Positions 10,097 through 19,421 of a DNA stretch of 64,000 nucleotides are shown in pieces. Each line of letters opens with the position of its first letter. Within the stretch, counting starts at the first letter, position 1. Source of the DNA: an uncultured virus (IMG/VR IMGVR_UViG_3300048930_000871) (taxonomy: Duplodnaviria > Heunggongvirae > Uroviricota > Caudoviricetes); IMG/VR virus record IMGVR_UViG_3300048930_000871. One strand, written 5' to 3'. The notes under the pieces were generated by a model. That model was not told the DNA's origin, ran no database searches, and worked only from the letters and a program-made list of their open reading frames with translations. A program made the translations under genes and the position numbers.

Positions 10097-10145
10097 GGCG
10101 CCCGCGTGCTATGCTGGCCGCGCCGCACCGGCTAAGGAGGTCTAC

Positions 10146-10427
10146 ATGCCTAAGTTAATCCAGTCTCCCGACATTCAACAGATCCCACACATGGAGGAAA
10201 ACTACGGGGACATCTTGGCGGGAGAATACTACTACGGTGAAGACGTGGGGATAACCAGCGTCGCGGCGGTCACGAGTGAAACCGTGCTTGCATTGCTGTT
10301 CATGCCCGAGCACGGTACCCAGGCTTTCCTGAACTTTGAACCGGGTCACTTCAGGGAAACCTTTCCAACCCGACTACTGATCCGGGCAACATTCGAAGAA
10401 GCGGTTCCGGCCGCAAGGAAGAACTGA
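10146..10427 (+). CDS. hypothetical protein
   Basis: TAAGGAGG RBS before ATG 10146. Confidence 0.7.
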   Translation: MPKLIQSPDIQQIPHMEENYGDILAGEYYYGEDVGITSVAAVTSETVLALLFMPEHGTQAFLNFEPGHFRETFPTRLLIRATFEEAVPAARKN

Positions 10428-10429
10428 AT

Positions 10430-11335
10430 ATGGCTATCCGTCCAGTCCGCCCCATGAGGTCTGCGAAACTCAAGGATGTCGGTGATCTCTCCATCCTGAG
10501 ATATCCACTAATCGGCAGCCCGAAACTGGATGGGATCCGAGGTTTGATCCTGGGGGGATTTCTCGTCAGCAGAAAGCTGAAGCGTATTCCCAACAGATTT
10601 ACTCGGGACGCGCTCGACAATAGCGCGTACGAAGGACTGGACGGAGAGCTGATTGCCGGGTTGTCGTTTGGACCGGGTGTTTTCAATCGGACAACCAGCG
10701 CGGTCATGACACAGGGAGGAACACCCCCCGTGACATTCTGGGTATTCGACTGGTGGAACAGCCGCGACCCGTACACCACGAGGCTGAGTTCACTTCCGGA
10801 AGACACCGACCTCGTGGATGCAGAAGATGGCGAAGGCTATGTGAGAATCCGCAGACTGCCCTATCGCGTACTGCGCAGCGAGCGTGAAGTCTTGGGGTAT
10901 GAAGCGAAATGCCTGCGGGAAGGGTACGAAGGGATTATGCTGCGAAATCCCAATGCGACCTACAAGTTCGGTCAGAGTACCATGAAGGAGATGGGTCTGA
11001 TCAAGATGAAACGGTTCGAGGATTCCGAAGCGGAAATCATAGGAATCGTCGAACAGCGACATAACGGAAACGAGGCCACGATCAACGAACTCGGCCTCAG
11101 CAAGCGCACGAGTCACAAAGCTAACAAGGTAGGAAAGGGGACAACAGGAGCTCTACGATGCCGCGATTTGGTCACCGGCGTGGAGTTCGAAATAGGTACA
11201 GGTATGGATCAAGATACCTGCGCCTTCTTCTGGCGAAATCCCCCGGTAGGGAAGATCGTCAAGTATAAGTTTCAGCCAGTGGGGGTCAAGGATAAGCCGC
11301 GATTCCCCGTGTTCATGGGTATTCGGGAGGATTAA
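10430..11335 (+). CDS. ATP-dependent DNA ligase
   Basis: KLDGIR adenylation motif, DGEL, FWVFD, EGIMLR, KMKRF; OB domain ending PRFPVF. Confidence 0.95.
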   Translation: MAIRPVRPMRSAKLKDVGDLSILRYPLIGSPKLDGIRGLILGGFLVSRKLKRIPNRFTRDALDNSAYEGLDGELIAGLSFGPGVFNRTTSAVMTQGGTPPVTFWVFDWWNSRDPYTTRLSSLPEDTDLVDAEDGEGYVRIRRLPYRVLRSEREVLGYEAKCLREGYEGIMLRNPNATYKFGQSTMKEMGLIKMKRFEDSEAEIIGIVEQRHNGNEATINELGLSKRTSHKANKVGKGTTGALRCRDLVTGVEFEIGTGMDQDTCAFFWRNPPVGKIVKYKFQPVGVKDKPRFPVFMGIRED

Positions 11336-11336
11336 C

Positions 11337-11603
11337 ATGGGCGTGCATCCGAACGTAGGCTTCACCAAGTTTCCGACGCAGGGGCGGTTTCTTGGGAAGT
11401 ATGCGAATATCATATTCAACTACGATTCCGGGCAGCGGATTACGGGAATCTGCATACGGGATGATGTTGAAGAGCCGTGGACGCAGCTCTTTCTACTGAC
11501 CAACGGGCGGGTGGTCAGCTCAGCCGAATGTCAGTGGCAGCCTGATCCGGACAGGCCTGACGTGATGCCTTTGTCCACCTTTGCGGCGGTGAATCGGATA
11601 TGA
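11337..11603 (+). CDS. hypothetical protein
   Basis: GGAGG RBS, packed. Confidence 0.7.
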   Translation: MGVHPNVGFTKFPTQGRFLGKYANIIFNYDSGQRITGICIRDDVEEPWTQLFLLTNGRVVSSAECQWQPDPDRPDVMPLSTFAAVNRI

Positions 11604-12145
11604 CCAGGAAACCGGGAGACCGTAGGTGGTGGGACAGCCCCCGTCCGTGGGAAAAGATTCCCGAAAAGAAACTTGACCTGGATCTTGAAACCTGTCATCC
11701 GCCTGCATCCAAGGTGACGGAACTCGAGATGCTGGAGATGTCGTACGTAGAAGTGGAATCTCGGGTGCTGTCGCAGATGACGACGATCCAGATGCTGCGG
11801 GCAGCGGAGAAACTACAGCGTCTCTCTATGATGTATGGCGGTCGTCCAGGGCTATTTTACGATTCTGAAGCGAATCCGACGGCTGAACGCCTGAACCGAC
11901 GAACCCCGCCCAAGCCAGAGCCGAAGCGTCTGCCTCCGTATGCCGAATTTCGAGCCGAATACATTGGCCCGAATGAACGATTGCGAGGAAGAAAGGCCAT
12001 CGTTCGGGTAGCACTATCCGGCAGATTCGGAACACATCCGGACGATGTGTGCATGGCGGAGTTTCTATCCTTCGAGGGGGTTTCGTACGGAAGTCGACCC
12101 CACAAACATCTTCTATCACACTTCAAACTGGAGGACGAATCATGA
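11600..12145 (+). CDS. hypothetical protein
   Basis: ATGA overlaps at both ends. Confidence 0.6.
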   Translation: MTRKPGDRRWWDSPRPWEKIPEKKLDLDLETCHPPASKVTELEMLEMSYVEVESRVLSQMTTIQMLRAAEKLQRLSMMYGGRPGLFYDSEANPTAERLNRRTPPKPEPKRLPPYAEFRAEYIGPNERLRGRKAIVRVALSGRFGTHPDDVCMAEFLSFEGVSYGSRPHKHLLSHFKLEDES

Positions 12146-12306
12146 AATTCTTCAGTGAAGAATACTGTCGACGGAAAGCTGATCAGCATTGGGAGCTGGC
12201 CGGTTTGGCCCGCAAAGATAGGGACAAGGAGGACAGCGCAAGGCATACGAATGAGGCCCAGAAATGGGATATTCGGGCCCGAGATGGCGGCTACTGGGAG
12301 GACTAG
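12142..12306 (+). CDS. hypothetical protein
   Basis: GGAGG RBS before ATG 12142. Confidence 0.6.
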   Translation: MKFFSEEYCRRKADQHWELAGLARKDRDKEDSARHTNEAQKWDIRARDGGYWED

Positions 12307-12308
12307 AA

Positions 12309-12665
12309 ATGAAGCTCACAAATTCCATAAACCAGAGTCTCACATCGTCACGCGTACACGTGATGTATGCGAATCGAGCCATCGTGAAACTGTGGAACAG
12401 CATGAAGGCAGACGGCGACCCGCCTATCTTCTGCGGCTGGTACTGGATGGTCGGCCACAGCGAGGGGGGTCCTTTCCACAGTGAATCGGCGGCAATGCGA
12501 GATGCGTGGTATCGCGTCGTCAAGGGAGTGGCTCCCCCCGCGCTGTTCCATTCCGGAGGGGTGGTGACCCCGAATGTTCACTATCTGGTCGGAGAAAGGG
12601 CCAGCCCCAGCTACCTGACTCTGCCGGGTGACAAACTGAAGTCGCGAGGTGTGGGGAATGCCTAG
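12309..12665 (+). CDS. hypothetical protein
   Basis: GGAGG RBS before ATG 12309. Confidence 0.65.
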   Translation: MKLTNSINQSLTSSRVHVMYANRAIVKLWNSMKADGDPPIFCGWYWMVGHSEGGPFHSESAAMRDAWYRVVKGVAPPALFHSGGVVTPNVHYLVGERASPSYLTLPGDKLKSRGVGNA

Positions 12666-12906
12666 CGATCGGACACACCTGATTGCGACAGAAACGGTTG
12701 CCCTCATGTTCGACAGAATGGAGAGCATCGATCTATCGCTGGCTGAATCCATGATCGTCCTCGAGACGGTTCTCGCAATAACGATGGCGACCCTGGTTGT
12801 CCGGAATCCGGGAGCTGACCCACAGCGGTCGGCGACCGAATACATGACCTCCTTGACCGAGGCGGCTCATGCTCGTGTAATCACCTTTCTGAAGGAACGG
12901 AAATAA
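12658..12906 (+). CDS. hypothetical protein
   Basis: Packed ORF; TAATG junction with dUTPase. Confidence 0.6.
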   Translation: MPSDRTHLIATETVALMFDRMESIDLSLAESMIVLETVLAITMATLVVRNPGADPQRSATEYMTSLTEAAHARVITFLKERK

Positions 12907-13367
12907 TGCGTATCGAATCCCTGATGACTGTCAACATCAAGCTGGCCCTGATGGCCCATGCTTACCACGAAGTCCCCAGGTATCACACGGATGGGGCCGC
13001 CGGCTTCGACATTCCTGCGGCCGAAGACTGCACCATCCCCGCCCGCGTCAAGCGAATCATCCACACCGGTCTCAGGTTTGAGGTTCCGCAGGGATTCGAA
13101 TTACAGATTCGCAGCCGCAGCGGCCTGTCGGCAAAGAATGATGTCTTTGTCCTCAACAGCCCGGGGACACTGGACAGCGACTATCGGGGGGAATTGCTGA
13201 TTATCCTGATGAACACGGGAGATCGGGTGTTCGAAGTAGTACGGGGAATGCGAATTGCTCAGGCGGTGTTGTCGCCGGTTATTCGGGCAACGATCAACGT
13301 GGTCTCCGAAGATGAACTGGCGGCTTCTGACCGCGGTTCTGGACGATTTGGGAGCACTGGTATTTAG
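12906..13367 (+). CDS. dut: trimeric dUTPase
   Basis: Motifs AGFDI, RSGL, GTLDSDYRGE, RIAQ, RGSGRFGSTG. Confidence 0.95.
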   Translation: MRIESLMTVNIKLALMAHAYHEVPRYHTDGAAGFDIPAAEDCTIPARVKRIIHTGLRFEVPQGFELQIRSRSGLSAKNDVFVLNSPGTLDSDYRGELLIILMNTGDRVFEVVRGMRIAQAVLSPVIRATINVVSEDELAASDRGSGRFGSTGI

Positions 13368-13391
13368 ACAGCGCAAGACGAAAATAGGGTA

Positions 13392-13420
13392 TTGCGTGTC
13401 CTTCTTCTACGGGCTATAAT
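13392..13420 (+). promoter_or_regulatory. near-consensus sigma70 promoter
   Basis: TTGCGT-17 bp-TATAAT upstream of 13466. Confidence 0.75.
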
Positions 13421-13465
13421 GAAGGCGCTGCGCTATCGCAGTGCATCACCAGGAGCAAGTTCGTC

Positions 13466-14293
13466 ATGCCGAACGAAGTGGATATCAGCGAGCTGGACGC
13501 CCAGGATCTGTCCGATGTCCTGACCGAGATCAAGGAAACCAAGGTCAAGGTGAAGAACGTGGCGGCGGCCCGCAAGGAGCTGACCGGCCTCCTCGCCGAG
13601 CGCAACCAGACTCTGTCCACCGACGACGAGGGCAATTTCGTCCTCAACGACAACAAGGCCAAGAAGGGCAAGACCAAGGCGGCCGCGAAGCCGGCGCCGG
13701 AACCGGAGGAGGTCGAAGAGGAAGCCGAGGAGGAAGAGGAGGAAGAAGAGGAGGACGAAGAGGACGAAGAGGAAGAGGAGGAAGCCGAAGAGGAGGCCGA
13801 AGAGGCCCCGCCGCCGAAGAAGGGCAAGGCGAAGGCCGAAGCGCCGGCTCCGAAGAAGGGCAAGGCGAAGGCCAAGGCCGAGGTCGAAGAGGAGGTCGAA
13901 GAAGAGGCCGAAGAGGAGGTCGAGGAAGAGGTCGAAGAAGAGGCCCCGCCGCCGAAGAAGGGCAAGGCGAAGGCCAAGGCCGAAGCCCCGCCGGCCAAGA
14001 AGTCCAAGATCGTGAAGAAGCCGGCCGCGGACGAAGACGAGGATGCGGAAGAGCCGAAGGCCCGCCGGGCGCCGCCGCCCCGGGAGGCCCGGTACAAGGA
14101 CGAGCAGAAGATCAAGGTTCTGAAGACCGAGGTCCCGTTCAAGGCCGAATCGTTCCGTGCCCAGAAGTGGGCGGTGCTGCGGAAGGCCAAGACGGTGAAG
14201 GACTACCTGGACGCCGGCAGGGAAGCGAGCCTCCCGTCGCTGCCCGGCTTCCTCCAGGTCTGCGTGCAGGCGGGCTACGTTTCGGTGACCTGA
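13466..14293 (+). CDS. highly charged low-complexity protein (Glu tracts alternating with KKGKAKAKA), histone-H1-like / nucleoid-type candidate
   Basis: AGGAG RBS, strong promoter, repeated PPPKKGKAKAKAE units, small globular C-terminal domain. Confidence 0.75.
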   Translation: MPNEVDISELDAQDLSDVLTEIKETKVKVKNVAAARKELTGLLAERNQTLSTDDEGNFVLNDNKAKKGKTKAAAKPAPEPEEVEEEAEEEEEEEEEDEEDEEEEEEAEEEAEEAPPPKKGKAKAEAPAPKKGKAKAKAEVEEEVEEEAEEEVEEEVEEEAPPPKKGKAKAKAEAPPAKKSKIVKKPAADEDEDAEEPKARRAPPPREARYKDEQKIKVLKTEVPFKAESFRAQKWAVLRKAKTVKDYLDAGREASLPSLPGFLQVCVQAGYVSVT

Positions 14294-14353
14294 GGCACGC
14301 AGGCGTGCGTGGGGGGACTGACCATCCCCCCGCGTGCGTAGCAGGGAGGCTCC

Positions 14354-15241
14354 ATGGCTACGATCATCCGCCGCCGGAATCAACTACTCAAGGCGGAGGT
14401 CGATATCCTCTGCTATTGGGTCGAAGAAAGGGAAAGTATCCGTCTACAACGCGAAATGAATCTTCCTTGGCCTTGGACCAAGGATTTTCTGCTTGGCAAT
14501 TTTCGCTGGTGCAATGCCCGCAGAATGGACGATAGAGTGAGCAAGTGGCTCCTCGGCTGGCACCGGCAGCACCCAGAATTCAACGTGCAGGACAGGGTCG
14601 TAGCCGCCGTGGCAGGTCGCCTGATAAACTGGCCTCCAAGCCTGCAGGAGGTCCCCTACCCCGTTCCCTATCTTGAACCGAAGTGGACCAAGGCCCTGGT
14701 TCGCCGAAAGAACAGGGGAGAGAAGGTGTTCACGGGAGCCTACATCGTGAACGGGGCGCTGGGGGGAGACAAGATTCTACAGGTGACGCAGAAAATCCTG
14801 GCCCCCCTGTGGAAGATACGCGGTGAAGTCTCACGGCATCCTCGCAGAATCGGCGAAATAGCATCGTGGCTCAACGGAAAGCCGGGTATCGGTTCGTTCA
14901 TGGCGGGCCAAGCCGCGGCCGACCTTCGCCATATCCATCACGAAATCCCATGGGAAGACACGATGACCTGGGCTCCGCAGGGGCCGGGCAGCAAGCGCGG
15001 TGCGAACCGCCTTGTGGGAAATCCCCTTAGCACGGCAATGCCCTTGCACGAGTGGCTGACGGTTGTGCAGCGTGCCCATGCCGCGCTGGCCGCCCGCCTA
15101 CCCATCACGGCCAAGCGGCTAGAACTGATGGACGTGCAGAATTGCCTGTGCGAGTATGACAAGTACCGCCGGCTGACGTTGAAAGAAGGCAGCGTCAGGT
15201 CCAAGTATGTTCACGGGAGAAGCGACACATGCGGATTCTGA
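14354..15241 (+). CDS. 5-hydroxymethyluracil DNA kinase homologue (5-HMUDK / aGPT-Pplase1 family)
   Basis: WVEERESIR, PWTKD, FRWCNARRMDDRVS, FTGAYIV, GIGSFMA, GPGSKRG, QNCLCEYDKY match the family pattern; TS homologue nearby. Confidence 0.85.
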   Translation: MATIIRRRNQLLKAEVDILCYWVEERESIRLQREMNLPWPWTKDFLLGNFRWCNARRMDDRVSKWLLGWHRQHPEFNVQDRVVAAVAGRLINWPPSLQEVPYPVPYLEPKWTKALVRRKNRGEKVFTGAYIVNGALGGDKILQVTQKILAPLWKIRGEVSRHPRRIGEIASWLNGKPGIGSFMAGQAAADLRHIHHEIPWEDTMTWAPQGPGSKRGANRLVGNPLSTAMPLHEWLTVVQRAHAALAARLPITAKRLELMDVQNCLCEYDKYRRLTLKEGSVRSKYVHGRSDTCGF

Positions 15242-16497
15242 TAGCCCACTACTTCATCAACGATTTCGGTGGTCTGGTCAACAACACCGAAGGTCTGGTG
15301 CGGGGATTCGAAGCCCTGGGACACGAGGCTGTTCCGTACATGCTGGAGTGGAAGGAGCACGAGTACATCCGTTCCAATGGGATGAATGTGCTGCATGGCG
15401 CCAGCGACAGTGTGACCGGAATTCGGATGGACCAACGGTACGGACTTCGGTACCCCCCGGAGCGCCGGATCGGCTACAAGGGGACGATGAAGCATTGGCG
15501 GAAACTCTGCAAGGAGTTTGATCTGGTGTTGTGGCAGATTCCTGTCCCCACGAAACTGGCGAGCAACGAGGGGAATACGGACTGGCTGGATCTGTATGAT
15601 CTCCCAATCCCGCAAGTCGGGTACAGCCACGACGGGAATATCTTCAACACCCCGTGGATCAGCCTTGTCGCCGGCCAATGGAAGGGACTCGGCTGCGTTC
15701 ATCCGTGCGCCCTGAATGGAGCGAAGAGGGCGCTGCCCCTTCCGATGTCTCTGACACCAAGCCCTCAGTGGGACATCGAGGAACGCATGGCCGGGGGGAA
15801 GCCTCCACGTCAGCGAACCGGATGGTTATCCCTGCAGACGTTCAAGCGGTGGAAAAGGGTGGACAGTCTTATTCGGGCTATTCCATACATGAATCACCGC
15901 GGTCCTCGAATCGTTGCCGGTGGCGGAATTGAACGCTACTACATGACGAGCGAGAAGAAGGTGAAAGACGTCTACAAGTGGAGGACGAAAGACCCGGATG
16001 TCACGAAGGAATGGATCGGCCGGCCCATCTGGAAAGTGGCTGAAGAGTTCGGCCTTGACTACCGGGATTTCATCGGCAACGAAGAGCGAGATGGGCTGCT
16101 GCAGAAGCGCGTGGCTCTGATCGACGCATCTTGGTCGGACAAGTATGCCGAGTATGGGGCGCACTTCAACCGGGTGGCCATCGACGCTCTCATCTGCGGA
16201 GCCGTGCCTATCATGAGGGACTGGAAGGACGATACCTCCCCCCTGCGGCCGAACACACACTTCGTCCCGCTGCCCGAAAATCCACGGGATATTGCGAAGA
16301 CAGTGGACGTGGTTTGTCGAGATATGTGGTCCTCCTGGCTGGTGAAAGCCCGAGAGGTTCTGCCTCTGTGGGACTGCAGGAATGTCGCGGCCAAGTTCCT
16401 GGAATTGGCCGAAGGACGAGGCGACCATACCGGACGCAAGAGCGCATATTTCTACGCTGACGGAAGGGAGGAATATGACAGCTTTTTCAATCACTAA
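15229..16497 (+). CDS. GT-B fold glycosyltransferase, probably DNA-acting
   Basis: GT4-like N-terminus MRILI..GGLVNN..LVRGFEALGHE; RWKRVDSLIRA; FNRVAIDALICGAVP; overlaps the kinase stop. Confidence 0.8.
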   Translation: MRILIAHYFINDFGGLVNNTEGLVRGFEALGHEAVPYMLEWKEHEYIRSNGMNVLHGASDSVTGIRMDQRYGLRYPPERRIGYKGTMKHWRKLCKEFDLVLWQIPVPTKLASNEGNTDWLDLYDLPIPQVGYSHDGNIFNTPWISLVAGQWKGLGCVHPCALNGAKRALPLPMSLTPSPQWDIEERMAGGKPPRQRTGWLSLQTFKRWKRVDSLIRAIPYMNHRGPRIVAGGGIERYYMTSEKKVKDVYKWRTKDPDVTKEWIGRPIWKVAEEFGLDYRDFIGNEERDGLLQKRVALIDASWSDKYAEYGAHFNRVAIDALICGAVPIMRDWKDDTSPLRPNTHFVPLPENPRDIAKTVDVVCRDMWSSWLVKAREVLPLWDCRNVAAKFLELAEGRGDHTGRKSAYFYADGREEYDSFFNH

Positions 16498-16502
16498 CTG
16501 CA

Positions 16503-16511
16503 TGGTATAAT
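16503..16511 (+). promoter_or_regulatory. extended -10 promoter
   Basis: TGGTATAAT upstream of an AGGAGGAGG RBS and ATG 16541. Confidence 0.6.
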
Positions 16512-16540
16512 AGTTCTGCCTTTCCAGGAGGAGGCATATC

Positions 16541-17458
16541 ATGCATCGTGTCTATCGCAACGTCAACGAAGCCCTCTACAGTCTGCCTCGGGCTATCGCC
16601 GCCAACGCCATCAGCGAGGATAGCAGGAATGGGAAGGTGCTATCCTTCCCGCATCCACTTATCCTGACAACCGAAAGCCCGAAGGAGCGGGTTTGTCTCT
16701 GCCCCATTCGGCGGGCCAATCCGTTCCTGTTCCTGCTGGATGGTCTGAGCATCCTGTCCAGCTTGAACCCGGTGAAGCCGCTGGCAGACATCGCCCCGAG
16801 AATGGCCGAGTTCAGCGACAATGGGGTCCACATTCGCGGTCACTACGGCCAGCGTCTGCACGACCAAATTCCCCTGGCGATCGAAATGCTGAAGGCGAAC
16901 CATGAGAATCGCCGGGTCACCATGGCGATATGGCGCCTTGACGATCTTGGGGCGGACAGCAAGGACATTCCCTGCAATGTCCACGTCAACCTTCGTATCG
17001 TCAGGGGGGCGCTGGATCTGACGGTGTTCAACCGCAGCAACGATCTGTTCTGGGGAATGCTGGGCGCGAATATCGTTCAGTTTTCTTTCCTTCAGGAATT
17101 CATCGCCGCATCGGTGGGAGTGCCGGTCGGCTACCTGCATCAGGTCAGCACGAACGTCCACATCTATACCGAATTCGGGCCGGGCAAGCGGGGCCTGGAA
17201 TTCACCTACCCAACGGGATTCTATCCGAAGGTCATTTCGCTTGATCCGGCATTCCTGCAGGAGGACCTGGATGAATTATTCCAGGCGCTGGCGGATGATG
17301 CCGACCTGCCGGTGCCTGACAACCAGTTCGTCGCTCGGGTTGTGAACCCGATGCTGCGGTCATGGAAGGCCAAGAACACCGACGTTCTTGATAGCCTGGA
17401 CTATGACTGCGACTGGTTCCGGGCCGCCCGCATGTATTTTCGCAAGAAGGAAATCTGA
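16541..17458 (+). CDS. thymidylate synthase homologue, probable dUMP hydroxymethyltransferase
   Basis: SRNG, DIPCN catalytic Cys, RSNDLFWGMLGAN (Asn at the dUMP-specificity position), HIY; context next to 5-HMUDK. Confidence 0.8.
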   Translation: MHRVYRNVNEALYSLPRAIAANAISEDSRNGKVLSFPHPLILTTESPKERVCLCPIRRANPFLFLLDGLSILSSLNPVKPLADIAPRMAEFSDNGVHIRGHYGQRLHDQIPLAIEMLKANHENRRVTMAIWRLDDLGADSKDIPCNVHVNLRIVRGALDLTVFNRSNDLFWGMLGANIVQFSFLQEFIAASVGVPVGYLHQVSTNVHIYTEFGPGKRGLEFTYPTGFYPKVISLDPAFLQEDLDELFQALADDADLPVPDNQFVARVVNPMLRSWKAKNTDVLDSLDYDCDWFRAARMYFRKKEI

Positions 17459-17459
17459 G

Positions 17460-17978
17460 ATGAGCGACGCCGAATCTCTTTCCCGCACAAATTCCCCCCT
17501 GCTGGCCGAACTACTCCAGAACGGCAATGATGTGACACGCTGGCACACGTTCCCGAATCTGCTTCCGCAGAATGTGGCGGCCCATTCCTGGGGGGTGGCG
17601 ATGATCGTCATGTCGCTCTACCCGAACACGCCTGAGAAGATGCTGATGGTCCAGGTTGCGCTGGAACACGACCTCATCGAGAAGTACATCGGCGATATGC
17701 CCCGGCCGGCGCGCACCGCGGAACATCGCCGGCTGGAAGAGAGCATGGCGCATGAGAAGAGCATCTTCCACGAGAGCATGCTGAATTTGGCCGACCGGAA
17801 CTGGCTGGCCTGGGCGGACCTGATCGAGGCCGGCCTGCACGCGCGCCGTGAACACGCGGCTGGGAACTCCCGCTACCAGGAGGTGATTCAGCGAGTCAGC
17901 GAGTACATCAAGACAGCGGGAACTGAGGTCCCCCTTGAGCTCCGCATATTCGCCGAACACGCGGGGGTGACTGTGTGA
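17460..17978 (+). CDS. HD-domain nucleotide phosphohydrolase (YfbR-like)
   Basis: VTRWH, QNVAAHSWGV, HDLIEKYIGDMP, WADLIE. Confidence 0.85.
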   Translation: MSDAESLSRTNSPLLAELLQNGNDVTRWHTFPNLLPQNVAAHSWGVAMIVMSLYPNTPEKMLMVQVALEHDLIEKYIGDMPRPARTAEHRRLEESMAHEKSIFHESMLNLADRNWLAWADLIEAGLHARREHAAGNSRYQEVIQRVSEYIKTAGTEVPLELRIFAEHAGVTV

Positions 17979-18202
17979 TGACCGACCACCCGGAAGACAT
18001 CCGCTCGCTTCAGTACATCGTGAACACTGGAGGAAATGCCACGATTGAACACTTCTACGATGATCACGATCCAATCGGGCTACGACTATGGACTTCGCTC
18101 GTCGTCCAAGGTCTGGCCACGTTCGGCGAGGATCGCATCGTCAAATTGACGGAACTCGGACAGAAAGTCCTCGATGGATCCAAGAAGGGAGCCAGCAAAT
18201 GA
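17975..18202 (+). CDS. hypothetical protein
   Basis: GTGA/ATGA overlaps with both neighbours. Confidence 0.6.
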   Translation: MMTDHPEDIRSLQYIVNTGGNATIEHFYDDHDPIGLRLWTSLVVQGLATFGEDRIVKLTELGQKVLDGSKKGASK

Positions 18203-18972
18203 AGAAGGTTGGTCAGCCGGCGACCGCAAAGGAAATCACCGGCGGTCGCGATAGCCTCCTTCGTCAGCTATACGAGGGAGTAGCGGATAAAGACGGCATG
18301 GCAGCCGCGGCGAATTGGATTCGCGACATGTGGAAGGAAGGCGTTCCAGGTTTCGTCAAGGGGACAGAGAACACGCAGGCCATTCCGGAAATCTATGATC
18401 GGCTGATGAAGGGAGAAGCGACCGACTATCAGAGTCAACGGGCTGCCGCAACGTGGCTCGCTCAATGCTGTGGCGTCATGCTCATCAGCAATCCAGGACT
18501 ACACTTTCGCAGAGGAGAAATGACTGTGAATGAAGCACGCGAACAGATGGGCCTTGATCCTATCAGGGAGCCGGGCGCCAACACCCGACAACCGGGAGGC
18601 GACCACTATATGAAGAAACCCATCCAGCACTGGGACTTCGTCGTGGAGTATGACTACTCATATCTCAGCGGTCAGGTTTCGCGGTATCTGTGCCGCTGGG
18701 TGGACAAGGGGGGACTCTTGGATCTCGAGAAATCCGTACACTATCTCGAGAAACAGCTGGAGGTGACGGACGAAGCACACGAAGGTCATCGGATCTCGCT
18801 GCCGGAATTCCTGGCAGCCCAGAAGGTCGGCGAAAAGGAGCAGATCATCCTGTCGCTCGTCCACGCGTACGAGACAAGCGGCATGCGGGACTTCCTTCTC
18901 GAGGCTCTTCGCGTTGCCAAGGCGCTGCGGGACGAAACTGCGGCCGCTGGTGCCCCGCCGCCCCGGACATAA
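18199..18972 (+). CDS. DUF3310 / T7 gp1.7-like nucleotide kinase domain protein
   Basis: QPGGDHY..PIQHWDF..GQVSRYLCRWVDKGGLLDLEKSVHYL. Confidence 0.75.
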   Translation: MKKVGQPATAKEITGGRDSLLRQLYEGVADKDGMAAAANWIRDMWKEGVPGFVKGTENTQAIPEIYDRLMKGEATDYQSQRAAATWLAQCCGVMLISNPGLHFRRGEMTVNEAREQMGLDPIREPGANTRQPGGDHYMKKPIQHWDFVVEYDYSYLSGQVSRYLCRWVDKGGLLDLEKSVHYLEKQLEVTDEAHEGHRISLPEFLAAQKVGEKEQIILSLVHAYETSGMRDFLLEALRVAKALRDETAAAGAPPPRT

Positions 18973-19082
18973 TGCAGCCATACACGAGGGGGTAGGAGCC
19001 CGCCTAGGCGCCCGCCCGCTACCCTACCACCGCCGGGGGCTTAAAAGCCTCTGGCGGCCCCTCCCAGGCCCAGGAGAAAGCC

Positions 19083-19421
19083 ATGTCTAATGCGGGTAAG
19101 CGGATGATAAACTGGCGGAAACATTTTCCTGCGCAGAGGGTGGCCTTGGGTCTTCTTGGAAAGGACGGCTACACGTCTCTTCTAATAGGCCGATATCTGG
19201 TAACCCACAGTATTCTATCGCCGGTCAGTGACTTTTGTACGAAAGTAGCAGGGAGGCCACTCACGGATGATATGATTCAGAGTCGGCTGAAACGGCCGAA
19301 GGAACTGACCTGGATTCTTGATAACGACCCAGCGGCCTATCGCAGGGGGGAACGTCTCAAGAAATTGTTGGAAGCAGACGTGAAGAAGGCGGGCTTTGTC
19401 CCGTTCGAGGGAACGAAATGA
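19083..19421 (+). CDS. hypothetical protein
   Basis: AGGAG RBS; ATGA overlap with the polymerase. Confidence 0.65.
   Translation: MSNAGKRMINWRKHFPAQRVALGLLGKDGYTSLLIGRYLVTHSILSPVSDFCTKVAGRPLTDDMIQSRLKRPKELTWILDNDPAAYRRGERLKKLLEADVKKAGFVPFEGTK

Noticed and set aside
13414..14535. Long alternative-frame ORFs (13414-14190 -, 13433-14383 -, 13441-14535 +)
   Set aside because: Shadows of the low-complexity gene 13466-14293, which has the promoter and RBS.
16541..17458. dCMP hydroxymethylase with T4-style glucosyl-hmC
   Set aside because: The specificity position is Asn (dUMP type), not Asp, and a 5-hmdU kinase homologue is adjacent. Disfavoured but not formally excluded.
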